Virus genome (UHGV): UHGV-1371085 | From: a virus | Strand: one strand, 5' to 3' | Length of the DNA: 48,079 nt | Shown here: piece by piece, positions 27,205 to 35,107 of the stretch | Layout: each line of letters starts with the position of its first letter | Position numbering within the stretch: position 1 is the stretch's first letter | The notes under the pieces: model-generated | What the model was told of the DNA's origin: nothing | The model's input: the letters and a program-made list of their open reading frames with translations, nothing else | Databases searched by the model: none | Made by a program: the position numbers and the translations under genes

Positions 27205-27225
27205 ACCCCCTTTCGGGGGTTTTCT
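27203..27225. terminator. bidirectional rho-independent terminator
   Basis: aaaccccc tttc gggggttt followed by TCTTTAT. It sits between convergent genes. Confidence 0.65.
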
Positions 27226-27981
27226 TTATGCAGAAACGGTGACAACACACTTGGTGGAGTCAACGTAATCAGGACTGGTTGCCGAGTCCATCACACGGCA
27301 GAAGTACGTACCTGCATCACCTGCGGCAGCGGTAGCCTTGGTGTAGGTCGCAGACGTTGCGCCACTGATTGGCGAAGTGCCTTTATACCACTGGTAGGAA
27401 TAAGGCTCGACACCGCCAGCCGCAACCACAGGGCCAAGGGTCAGGGTCGCGCCAGTGGCAACACTCAGAGTTGGGTTGATATCAGTAGTCAGCGTCAAAT
27501 CTTCGATGCTGGACACGTCAACGGTAGAGCCATCATACGGCTTGAATTCAACAGAGCCGGTGATGATGTCGTTGGTGCCGCCATCGTAGCTCAGGGCGGT
27601 GATGTTGCAGTAGGCCACAACAACGGTATTACCGGTGGTCTGGCGAACCCACAGCGACGGCTGGCGGCGAGCTTTTACTTCAGTGACAAAGTATTTGATG
27701 AGATTATGCACGCCATACTCATCAGCCTTGTCGGCCTTGCGAACTTCAAAATCACCAGAAATGGTGAGGTCTGCCGTAGTGACCAGCGTTGCGACAAAGC
27801 CATCGCCATCATCAGCCTCTGAGGTGGTGGTGCTCGGGCTGAAGTCGACGCCTTTTGAGGTCATGGGAGCAAAAAACTTCCAGTCTTCCTCTGCTGGCAC
27901 AGCATCCCAGCAGCCATCAGCCAGCTCAATGAGCGACTGGCGACCTGTAATGATGCCGTTATCATTTGCACAAATAGCCAT
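27226..27981 (-). CDS. major tail protein with a C-terminal Ig-like domain
   Basis: 251 aa. The C-terminal segment of about 90 aa is Ig-like (TLGPVVAAGGVEPYSYQWYKG...GTYFCRVMDS). It lies upstream of the chaperone and TMP genes. Confidence 0.7.
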   Translation of the reverse strand: MAICANDNGIITGRQSLIELADGCWDAVPAEEDWKFFAPMTSKGVDFSPSTTTSEADDGDGFVATLVTTADLTISGDFEVRKADKADEYGVHNLIKYFVTEVKARRQPSLWVRQTTGNTVVVAYCNITALSYDGGTNDIITGSVEFKPYDGSTVDVSSIEDLTLTTDINPTLSVATGATLTLGPVVAAGGVEPYSYQWYKGTSPISGATSATYTKATAAAGDAGTYFCRVMDSATSPDYVDSTKCVVTVSA

Positions 27982-28026
27982 GTTTAGAATCCTCTGTGTT
28001 TAGCTAAACAATCGCATTATATCATG

Positions 28027-28055
28027 TTGACAGGTGTTCGTTGGTGATGTAGATT
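28027..28055 (+). promoter_or_regulatory. promoter: -35 TTGACA, 17-bp spacer, -10 TAGATT (GATGTAGATT motif)
   Basis: TTGACAggtgttcgttggtgatgTAGATT lies upstream of an 87-nt leader and gene 28142. Confidence 0.45.
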
Positions 28056-28141
28056 TTGAGTGTGCAGCTAGTCCGGCCAGACGAAAAGCGATTGGTTATC
28101 GCCTGCTGCGTCACTTCAAACCACCTCTAACCGAGGACTAA

Positions 28142-29023
28142 ATGATGCGCAAGCTAACTACCGAAGAGTTTATTGCCAAAGCTAAAGCGGTTCATGGCGA
28201 TAGGTATGATTACTCAGTAGCCATATATGTAAGTGCTCATACCAAAATATCTTTAATATGCAAATCTCATGGTAAATTTCTCCAGACCCCAAACAGTCAC
28301 CTAAGCGGATGTGGCTGCCCAGCGTGCGCCAAAAAGCAAAGGCCAATATCAAATCTAATGGGTGTTAATGAGTTCGTTATGGAATCCAGAAAAATACATG
28401 GTGATAGATATGATTATTCAGAAGTTAAATATAAGAAATCAATAGATAAAGTAAAGATAAGGTGCATGCTACACGGACATTTTTATCAGTCACCAAACAA
28501 CCACTTGGCCGGTCATGGATGCCCAGAGTGTTCAAGGAACAAAAAAAGAAACTCACTAGAGTTCATAAAAAAGGCGCATGAAGTTCACGGGGCCGACAAA
28601 TACATTTACAGTCTTGTCGACTATAAAAACGCAAACACAAAAGTTTTGATAATTTGCAAAAATCATGGGGTCTTTGAGCAGACACCAATCAAGCATACCC
28701 TTGGTGGAGGATGTCCTGGTTGCGCAAAGTATGGATTCGATGAGTCAAAGGTTGGCTTTGTCTACTTCCTGATTAGCGAGTTTGGGATAAAGGTTGGGAT
28801 ATCAAACACCCCATCCCAGCGGCTACAAAAACTCAAATCAGCAACCCCGTTCGATTTTCATCTTATCGCAAAAGTAAAAACTACCGGCGCCGAGGCCATG
28901 CGCAAGGAAAAATATTATCATCACAAATATGAATCCGCCTCTCTTACTGGATTTGACGGCGCTACCGAGTGGTTGCGATTCTGTCCAGAATTGATGAATG
29001 AGATCATGAATGAGAAGAATTAA
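28142..29023 (+). CDS. GIY-YIG superfamily (T5orf172-type) homing-endonuclease-like protein with three N-terminal zinc-ribbon repeats
   Basis: The unit HGDRYDYS...CK.HG.F.Q.PN.HL.G.GCP.C occurs three times. The C-terminal GFVYFLISEFGIKVGISNTPSQRLQKL...EWL matches the T5orf172/GIY-YIG pattern. The gene is AT-rich and on the opposite strand, inside the tail operon. Confidence 0.65.
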   Translation: MMRKLTTEEFIAKAKAVHGDRYDYSVAIYVSAHTKISLICKSHGKFLQTPNSHLSGCGCPACAKKQRPISNLMGVNEFVMESRKIHGDRYDYSEVKYKKSIDKVKIRCMLHGHFYQSPNNHLAGHGCPECSRNKKRNSLEFIKKAHEVHGADKYIYSLVDYKNANTKVLIICKNHGVFEQTPIKHTLGGGCPGCAKYGFDESKVGFVYFLISEFGIKVGISNTPSQRLQKLKSATPFDFHLIAKVKTTGAEAMRKEKYYHHKYESASLTGFDGATEWLRFCPELMNEIMNEKN

Positions 29024-29397
29024 CCCCATACCACTCTCAGAAGCAACTCATGAATTGGCCTTCCTTCCTCACTCAGCATCGGCCTGCCGAGAGGAGCCTG
29101 CATCTGAACATAGTTCAAACAGCTATCAAGCGGGGTTGATTTAACATACTCAATTATCTCATTAGCCTTTGCATCAACATCGGAAACATTGTATGCCCCG
29201 CGCTTTCCAATAACATAGACTGAAAAGTAATAATCCGATCCTAAATTGTCACGAACCTGAGTGCCTCCATTTGACTGAATGACAATGAATTGCTCATTCC
29301 CATTCCCTGTGTCATGCCAAAATTGCATCTGCGTAGTCCAATCATTCAGCAACCCAGCATCAGTCAAATAATCATAAACCCTCTCAAGCATATTCAT
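29020..29397 (-). CDS. tail terminator / tail completion protein (putative)
   Basis: 125 aa. Last neck gene before the major tail gene. Confidence 0.4.
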   Translation of the reverse strand: MNMLERVYDYLTDAGLLNDWTTQMQFWHDTGNGNEQFIVIQSNGGTQVRDNLGSDYYFSVYVIGKRGAYNVSDVDAKANEIIEYVKSTPLDSCLNYVQMQAPLGRPMLSEEGRPIHELLLRVVWG

Positions 29398-29807
29398 ATT
29401 TTCATCTCTTTTTTAATTACCTGATCGACAAGCTCGCGTGTGTTTTCGCCAGCCTTGAGAAGGAATTTAGGCTCGCCGCTCTTATCCCACACGTTACCCT
29501 TCCCTTTTAGCCGCCCTGTGCGTGGCGTGTTAGTACCCAGCAGTGTACCAGGTGCATTATGGACATATAGCGCATAATTAGCGGAATAACCAATCTTCCC
29601 AGTTATGCGAGTGCCATTAACCTCAACAGTATCATACTGGCTGTTTATCAGCACCGATGTGGCTACTGGAGTCATAGACGCCGATTCAGTCCTGATGATG
29701 TAGTTGGCGGCTTTTATTGCTGATACCGCCTTTTCACCAGTAATCTCACCAACAATCTGCTGGGTGCGCTTAATCGCCTGCTGGATGCCTCGCATTTTGG
29801 CGGCCAT
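29394..29807 (-). CDS. neck protein (HK97 gp10-like, putative)
   Basis: 137 aa. Its position in the head-tail joining cluster supports the call. Confidence 0.4.
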   Translation of the reverse strand: MAAKMRGIQQAIKRTQQIVGEITGEKAVSAIKAANYIIRTESASMTPVATSVLINSQYDTVEVNGTRITGKIGYSANYALYVHNAPGTLLGTNTPRTGRLKGKGNVWDKSGEPKFLLKAGENTRELVDQVIKKEMKI

Positions 29808-29810
29808 ACA

Positions 29811-30155
29811 TTACCCCGTTACCAGCGCAAAATCAGGAAGGTCATTGCGGTCTAACGTATTGCCGTAATTCACGACGTTTCTAATCTGGTCAGCTCCGGC
29901 AGCCAGCGGGTCAGCATTAGTGATGGTGCCAAGCATGATGAAGTCGCCAACAGAAGCATCCTGATATTCCGTCCAGAATGTGTTTTTCTGTGCAATCTCA
30001 TTGCCAGCCGTGCCGGTGGTCAAATTCTTATCGAAGCCATAATCACACATGATGGACTCTGGCGCGGCAAACGTTGGTTTGCCATACTTATCCTTGCCAG
30101 TAAGCCGCCAGATTGTGCATGGATATGTGTAAGTCCATCTGGCTATTGCTGACAT
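29811..30155 (-). CDS. head closure protein (putative)
   Basis: 114 aa. Position in the cluster supports the call. Confidence 0.4.
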   Translation of the reverse strand: MSAIARWTYTYPCTIWRLTGKDKYGKPTFAAPESIMCDYGFDKNLTTGTAGNEIAQKNTFWTEYQDASVGDFIMLGTITNADPLAAGADQIRNVVNYGNTLDRNDLPDFALVTG

Positions 30156-30277
30156 GGTGTGTCCTCAAGAGTATAAATCCAGCGCGGAACTGGAAGGCGC
30201 AGCAATACCATGATAACCAGCAGCGGCATGCACCATTTACGGATTGCGATATTTACAGTTAATGTTGACGTTTTCAT
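30143..30277 (-). CDS. small membrane peptide (44 aa) coupled between the connector and head-closure genes
   Basis: MKTSTLTVNIAIRKWCMPLLVIMVLLRLPVPRW... Its ATG overlaps the connector stop (ATGA) and its stop overlaps the next ATG. Confidence 0.3.
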   Translation of the reverse strand: MKTSTLTVNIAIRKWCMPLLVIMVLLRLPVPRWIYTLEDTPCQQ

Positions 30278-30663
30278 CTGCACTTACTCCCGGTGACAAC
30301 CCGAAACCACGGCTTTGCTGCCCCATCAGGCTCTTCCACAAGGTCGCCTGTGCAGTCTGCCGTGTCGAGTAGTTTCATCTGATTGTAAAGGGCCATCCAC
30401 GGCTTGCTGCCATAGCCAAATGACTGCGACGCGCCAGATGGCGCCCGGTGGCTGGTTATGTATCTCCCGGCTGTATTTGAGGCGATCAGGATAGAGGCCC
30501 ATAGCAGAATTACATCCTGCCTGCATGTGTCTTCAGGGTAATTAAGTTCAAGGCACTCTGTGATGCTCGCCACCAGGCACAGGATGCCCGTTGCATCTGC
30601 CGTGGTGATAGTTACGCCTCTTGACGCCATGGCGGCGACAAGTTCACTTGCTGTCGGTGCTGC
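30274..30663 (-). CDS. head-tail connector / adaptor protein (gp6-like, putative; from MAAPTASEL)
   Basis: About 130 aa. First gene of the neck cluster. The assignment is by position and size. Confidence 0.4.
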   Translation of the reverse strand, partial: AAPTASELVAAMASRGVTITTADATGILCLVASITECLELNYPEDTCRQDVILLWASILIASNTAGRYITSHRAPSGASQSFGYGSKPWMALYNQMKLLDTADCTGDLVEEPDGAAKPWFRVVTGSKCR

Positions 30664-30931
30664 CATTCTTTTTGCTCTCCCGAATCTTCCACCACATCTC
30701 AAAAAGGTTTTTTGCCACCAGTGACAGCGCACCAAGGATAGAGGCCACCGCCGCCCACTCGGTAATCGAATGGGGGATCATTGATGCAATGTATGATTGC
30801 GCGACCGGCGTCTGCTCTGCCACCTTCAGGCCAAGACCCGTGCCGATGGATGTATAACCGGCTTTGTCGATTACCTGGCCGACAGTGCCACTAATTATCT
30901 GGTTTGCGGCGTGCTGAAGCGCGTCTCTCAT
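30644..30931 (-). CDS. small membrane protein (95 aa, one or two TM helices)
   Basis: Hydrophobic segment WAAVASILGALSLVAKNLF. It lies upstream of the connector gene. Confidence 0.4.
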   Translation of the reverse strand: MRDALQHAANQIISGTVGQVIDKAGYTSIGTGLGLKVAEQTPVAQSYIASMIPHSITEWAAVASILGALSLVAKNLFEMWWKIRESKKNGSTDSK

Positions 30932-31092
30932 TAATTATTCTCCGAATGATGAACTTCCAGCATCTGTACACCTGAACCAGCGAAAACGCTATGACGATAA
31001 CGCCGATTGCTATATCCAATTTCGCCGCCTTACGTTTTTCAGGACGGAACAGCGCGGGGTGAGTGTTGTTGGTTTAATTTTATCATAAAGTG

Positions 31093-31121
31093 TTGACGTA
31101 GATTGAGGGTGTCGCTATAGT
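31093..31121 (+). promoter_or_regulatory. promoter: -35 TTGACG (TTGACGTAGATTGAGGG), 17-bp spacer, -10 TATAGT
   Basis: Near-identical to the leftward promoter at 6819-6847. A GATGGCGTAGAAAC element follows at 31122-31135. Confidence 0.55.
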
Positions 31122-31155
31122 GATGGCGTAGAAACAACAATAAATGTTAGAGGTG

Positions 31156-31479
31156 ATGAGAATGAAATTGATTACAAACCGTGATGAATTTGTGCGTTAT
31201 CTGAAAATTGCATGCGAATCAGGGGCGCTGACAAATGTTGATGATAAATCGCTCCGCGATATTCGCATTCAGTCTGCTGATGGAAGCAAGTTTAAAATCA
31301 CATGGTACACCAATTCATGCACGCTGATTGCTCCGGGGTTTAGTTTGTGGTTCGACAATGTGCGCATTGAAGAAACTCATCCGTGCTTTCAAGTTGCGCT
31401 GGTGCTTTATCACAATGGCTTCGCAGTGGCGCACATTGGTCATGTCTATGACCATCTTGTTGATGGTTATAAAATTTAA
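31156..31479 (+). CDS. hypothetical protein (about 107 aa)
   Basis: First gene of the island, with SD AGAGGTGA. Confidence 0.4.
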   Translation: MRMKLITNRDEFVRYLKIACESGALTNVDDKSLRDIRIQSADGSKFKITWYTNSCTLIAPGFSLWFDNVRIEETHPCFQVALVLYHNGFAVAHIGHVYDHLVDGYKI

Positions 31480-31871
31480 GAGAGGTGATGAAAATGAATG
31501 AGTTCAAAGGTACGCCGGGGCGCTGGATTAAGCGCGGAGATGGCATTGTTGCTCCTGGCGATATTGAGGTGGCTGTAGTGGTTAACTTTCAGGATGATGA
31601 TGCGATGAATGCAGACGCTAATCTCATCGCCGCTGCGCCTTAGTTGCTGCAGGCGTTGCAAATGATAATGAACGGTGATTTTTATATGCCGAAAGAATCA
31701 GCAGATGCCGCCCGCACAGCCATCTCCAAAGCACTCGGAGAATCCCAATGATTCGCCACGAAATCCGAAAAGAAGACCTGAAAGCATGGCGCAACTTCAA
31801 AATCAAACTTGTATTAATCGTTATCGGATTCGCCATTGCCAGCGCAATCTGTTTATCAAAGTGAGGAAAAG

Positions 31872-32687
31872 ATGACATCTCTCGGAAAAATTTACTCAGA
31901 CAAAGAAACTCGCGGCGGAATCGTGGTCAACAAAGGTTATCAGGTTCCTGTCGACCAGCTTTACCTTGAGCCGGGTTACAACATCCGCGAAGCCGATGAG
32001 CAGCACGTTGAATACTTCGCGCAGTGCTGGGAATCAGGCCAGCCAATCCCTGCGTTAACTGTTATTCCTGATGCTGACGGAAAGCGCATCAAGATTCTTG
32101 ACGGTCAGCATCGTTATCTTGGCGCACTGCGTGCTATTGAGCGCGGCGTGCCAATTGCGCGCATTGAGTGCAAAGACTTCACCGGCGATGAAGCGGACAA
32201 AATCGCCTTCATGGTGTCATCCAGTCAGGGTAAGCAACTCGACCCGCTTGAGCGTGCAAAGGCTTATGTGCGCCTGAAAGGTTTTGGGTGGACGAATGAA
32301 GAAATCGCCAAGAAGGTCGGTCGCTCAGTTTCTGATGTGCAGATGCACCTGTCACTTGGTGATGTGCCTGATGCCATCAAGCAGCGCATCAACGCAGGCC
32401 AAATCAGCTATGCCAATGCCGTTGCAGTGGCGCGTGAGCATGGCGATGATGCCGTTAACGTTATTGATGCTGCCGTTGAGGAAGCGAAAGCGCAGGGCAA
32501 GGATAAGGTGACGGCGAAAACGCTCAAGGCCAAAAAAGTCAAGCCGATTGACCGCCTGATTCAGCTTCTGAAAGAAGCAGATCACATGGTTGTCGCTGAG
32601 GGTCATGTGGCGCAGGAGACAGAAGAGTTTTTGCGCCTTCCTTCCGCTGAGTTGAGTGAAGTGCTGGCGATTCTGGAGAAGCTGTGA
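31872..32687 (+). CDS. ParB-like protein (ParB/Srx N-terminal domain plus HTH)
   Basis: KILDGQHRYLGALRAIERG is a ParBc-type DGxHR arginine motif. NEEIAKKVGRSVSDVQMHLSL is an HTH. The start MTSLGKIYS has SD GTGAGGAAAAG. Confidence 0.65.
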   Translation: MTSLGKIYSDKETRGGIVVNKGYQVPVDQLYLEPGYNIREADEQHVEYFAQCWESGQPIPALTVIPDADGKRIKILDGQHRYLGALRAIERGVPIARIECKDFTGDEADKIAFMVSSSQGKQLDPLERAKAYVRLKGFGWTNEEIAKKVGRSVSDVQMHLSLGDVPDAIKQRINAGQISYANAVAVAREHGDDAVNVIDAAVEEAKAQGKDKVTAKTLKAKKVKPIDRLIQLLKEADHMVVAEGHVAQETEEFLRLPSAELSEVLAILEKL

Positions 32688-32944
32688 TGAAAGGGTTAAT
32701 CAATAGTGGTAATAGCGTGGATTGGTCTTCGATGAGCACTAAAGACATTATTGATCAAATGTCTAAAGCTGTTATTGAGGTTGCTGGAGCCATTGATAAG
32801 GGATTCGCATTCCTTTTAACAGAAAAGGCATACCATGAAGTGCGACGCTGCCGATACAGAAAGTGCAGGGTCAAAAAAGGTTGCGGAAAATTCCGTTATG
32901 TTGCAATAGGTGGGAGTAATATTTCATTTAGGCGGCAAAGATGA
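32684..32944 (+). CDS. hypothetical basic Cys-containing protein (86 aa)
   Basis: ORF overlapping the ParB stop. The C-terminus is RCRYRKCRVKKGCGKFRYV. Confidence 0.35.
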   Translation: MMKGLINSGNSVDWSSMSTKDIIDQMSKAVIEVAGAIDKGFAFLLTEKAYHEVRRCRYRKCRVKKGCGKFRYVAIGGSNISFRRQR

Positions 32945-33114
32945 ACCCCGAGCAATTCATAGAGAAAAACCTGCGCGAAAAACTGCCAGGTATCGACAAC
33001 GCGGCCATAGAGGCCGCAATTACCCACTACAGGCGCAACCAGAGTGAAAAGAAGGGCAAGATTTTCGATGAATGCCTGAGGGTTGCAAAACAACACATGG
33101 TGAAGGTGAAGTGA
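32941..33114 (+). CDS. hypothetical small protein (57 aa)
   Basis: MNPEQFIEKNLREKLPGIDNAAIEAAITHYRRNQ... Its stop overlaps the ATG of the clamp-fragment gene (TGATG). Confidence 0.3.
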   Translation: MNPEQFIEKNLREKLPGIDNAAIEAAITHYRRNQSEKKGKIFDECLRVAKQHMVKVK

Positions 33115-33650
33115 TGAAATTAAAAATCAGCAAGTTGCTCCTTGAAGGTGCTTTGATATTTCAGGCCAAACAGGATGCGCGTTACTACCTTAATGGCATT
33201 TGCTTTATGCCTGATGGTCGCGTTGCCGCTACTGACGGACACCGCGCTATGATTGCCAGCAAGCATGAAAATAAATTGAAAGATAACGTTATCGTTTCTG
33301 TCAGCAAGTCGCCAACTAAGCGTTATGCGTATGCGCTACTGGACACCAAAACAGGTATTGTTACTTACCATGACGAGCATAAAATCATGGTAGGCGCAGG
33401 TATGTGCTCTGAGATTAATGGCCGATTCCCTGACATTGATCGTGTTATCCCAAAGCAGACGGCGGCAACAGAGCAAATCGGCTTCAACGCCAAATATCTG
33501 GCAGATGTTGAGAAGTTGGCAAAGCTGTTTAACCCGAAATATGAAAGCGTGCGCTTTGAACTGAATGGCAATACCAGCGCCGCCGTCGCAAACATCAGTG
33601 CGCCAACTGGCGAGACTGCCAAAGTTATCGTTATGCCGATGAGGCTATAG
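33114..33650 (+). CDS. truncated DNA polymerase III beta sliding-clamp (DnaN) homolog: domain II plus the C-terminal half of domain III (178 aa)
   Basis: [30 protein letters not shown] aligns with E. coli DnaN [46 protein letters not shown] aligns with [31 protein letters not shown] aligns with EIGFNVSYVLDVLNAL. The C-terminus KVIVMPMRL matches the DnaN end AYVVMPMRL. Domain I and the first half of domain III are absent. Confidence 0.7.
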   Translation: [178 protein letters not shown]

Positions 33651-33653
33651 AAA

Positions 33654-33932
33654 ATGCCTGATATGAAAAGATGCCTTTGCTGTGGGGTGGTTAAAGGAAG
33701 TTATGAAGAGCACAATAAGGAATATACCGAACTTGTGGATTTGGTTTTGCAATGTGGTGATGAAAGGCAGTTGCTGAAGCTTTCTGACATCATGAGAAAC
33801 AAAATCACAACTTGCGTGACGACGTCAATTGGCAAGGATAAGCTGGCTTATGAGGAAAAGGATCTTTGGCATGTTCAGGTTATGGTTGATGCTTTAAGTT
33901 TGCTCCGTGATAAGTTACAGGAGCGCCAGTAA
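33654..33932 (+). CDS. hypothetical Cys-containing protein (92 aa)
   Basis: CLCCGVV...QCGDE is a possible zinc-binding motif. Last gene of the island. Confidence 0.4.
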   Translation: MPDMKRCLCCGVVKGSYEEHNKEYTELVDLVLQCGDERQLLKLSDIMRNKITTCVTTSIGKDKLAYEEKDLWHVQVMVDALSLLRDKLQERQ

Positions 33933-33934
33933 AC

Positions 33935-33962
33935 AAAGCCCCTTTCGGGGCTTTTCTTTTAT
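33935..33962. terminator. bidirectional rho-independent terminator
   Basis: aaagcccc tttc ggggcttt followed by TCTTTT. Confidence 0.7.
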
Positions 33963-34792
33963 CAAGGAAGATAAGCATCATCCTCAATCCACGAAACGTA
34001 AGCATTGATATTTTGCGCCGCCGTGTCCAGGGATGTGATGCGTAACAGATAGGTAGTATTAGGCGCCATGATGATCTGCTCACCGAGTTTTGCCTGCGAA
34101 TTACCCTGCCCCTGATTCGATGCGTTCCCTTCACTATACGTCGCAGCCACCGTCAGTTGCCCAATACTTGTAATCGTAGAGCCAGTCAGAAGCTGCGCAG
34201 TTGCAGTATGCGGCGCGATGTCATTTGGGTTATTAATCTCCGCAGCGGTGCCGCCAGTGGCTACGGCTCCACGGTAGATTGACGCCACGACACCCTTACC
34301 TGTGTAGCCAATGATGCGCTGATTGAACACGACCTGTTTTGACCCGGTAATAAAGATGCTGTCAAGGTTAGCCCCGCCAGCGACATCAGTCACGCGACGA
34401 GATGCGGTGAATAGCTTTCCCTGCTTATTGGCAAGCTCCGAGTAGGACTGCGCGACAACCTGGCTTGATGGCACTGATGTATCGGCTCGCCATACCAGGA
34501 CTTTCAGGGAAGCAACGCCAGCAGGGAGCTGGGACTTAATCACTTTCAGTCGCAGCGCCACGCCATAATAATTATTATTGTTAACGTCAATCCAGAAGTC
34601 ACCAGATGCAAACGGCGACACCATTACGGAAACAGATCCGCTTGTTAATGGTGCGTGACCGCCGGAAGAGTTTAATGGCACAATCTGCACCTGCAATGCA
34701 GTCCAGTCTGCTGACATGGTTTCGCTAAGCAAAACCTCTCCGTCAGCCGGAGTTGTGTTTATTTCGTACCTGACAGCCATGATAACCCCCAA
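33962..34792 (-). CDS. structural protein of unknown role (276 aa; capsid accessory or decoration candidate)
   Basis: Lies in the late operon downstream of the MCP gene. It is Gly/Ser/Thr/Ala-rich and beta-rich in appearance. Confidence 0.45.
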   Translation of the reverse strand: MGVIMAVRYEINTTPADGEVLLSETMSADWTALQVQIVPLNSSGGHAPLTSGSVSVMVSPFASGDFWIDVNNNNYYGVALRLKVIKSQLPAGVASLKVLVWRADTSVPSSQVVAQSYSELANKQGKLFTASRRVTDVAGGANLDSIFITGSKQVVFNQRIIGYTGKGVVASIYRGAVATGGTAAEINNPNDIAPHTATAQLLTGSTITSIGQLTVAATYSEGNASNQGQGNSQAKLGEQIIMAPNTTYLLRITSLDTAAQNINAYVSWIEDDAYLP

Positions 34793-34796
34793 TAAA

Positions 34797-34824
34797 AAAC
34801 CCGCTTGTTTGCGGGTTTATTTTA
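34797..34824 (-). terminator. intra-operon terminator or attenuator on the minus strand
   Basis: The minus-strand hairpin aaacccgc aaacaa gcgggttt is followed by TTTATTGGGG. Confidence 0.4.
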
Positions 34825-35016
34825 CTTGGTTTTCTTCGCCTTTGGCTGCGATTCTTGCGGAGTTGCAACTTCCAGAATTTTCTCACTAACCGGGCGAAGT
34901 TTTGACTCAATGTGCGGGCTTGATTCGTCAATGATATCGCCAATAGCAAGCTCACGCAGGCGGCCGTCTTTATCCTTGACAAAGATTCCGCTGGCGATTA
35001 CTTCATATTTAGCCAT
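34822..35016 (-). CDS. hypothetical small protein (64 aa)
   Basis: ORF between the HNH gene and the structural gene. The C-terminus is Lys-rich. Confidence 0.4.
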   Translation of the reverse strand: MAKYEVIASGIFVKDKDGRLRELAIGDIIDESSPHIESKLRPVSEKILEVATPQESQPKAKKTK

Positions 35017-35107
35017 GATAAATACCTCTATTTTGATGTTGATTAATTATAACACATGACATGTATATGTGCTAAGATGGCAAAACCAAATCAGCAAGGA
35101 TTACACT

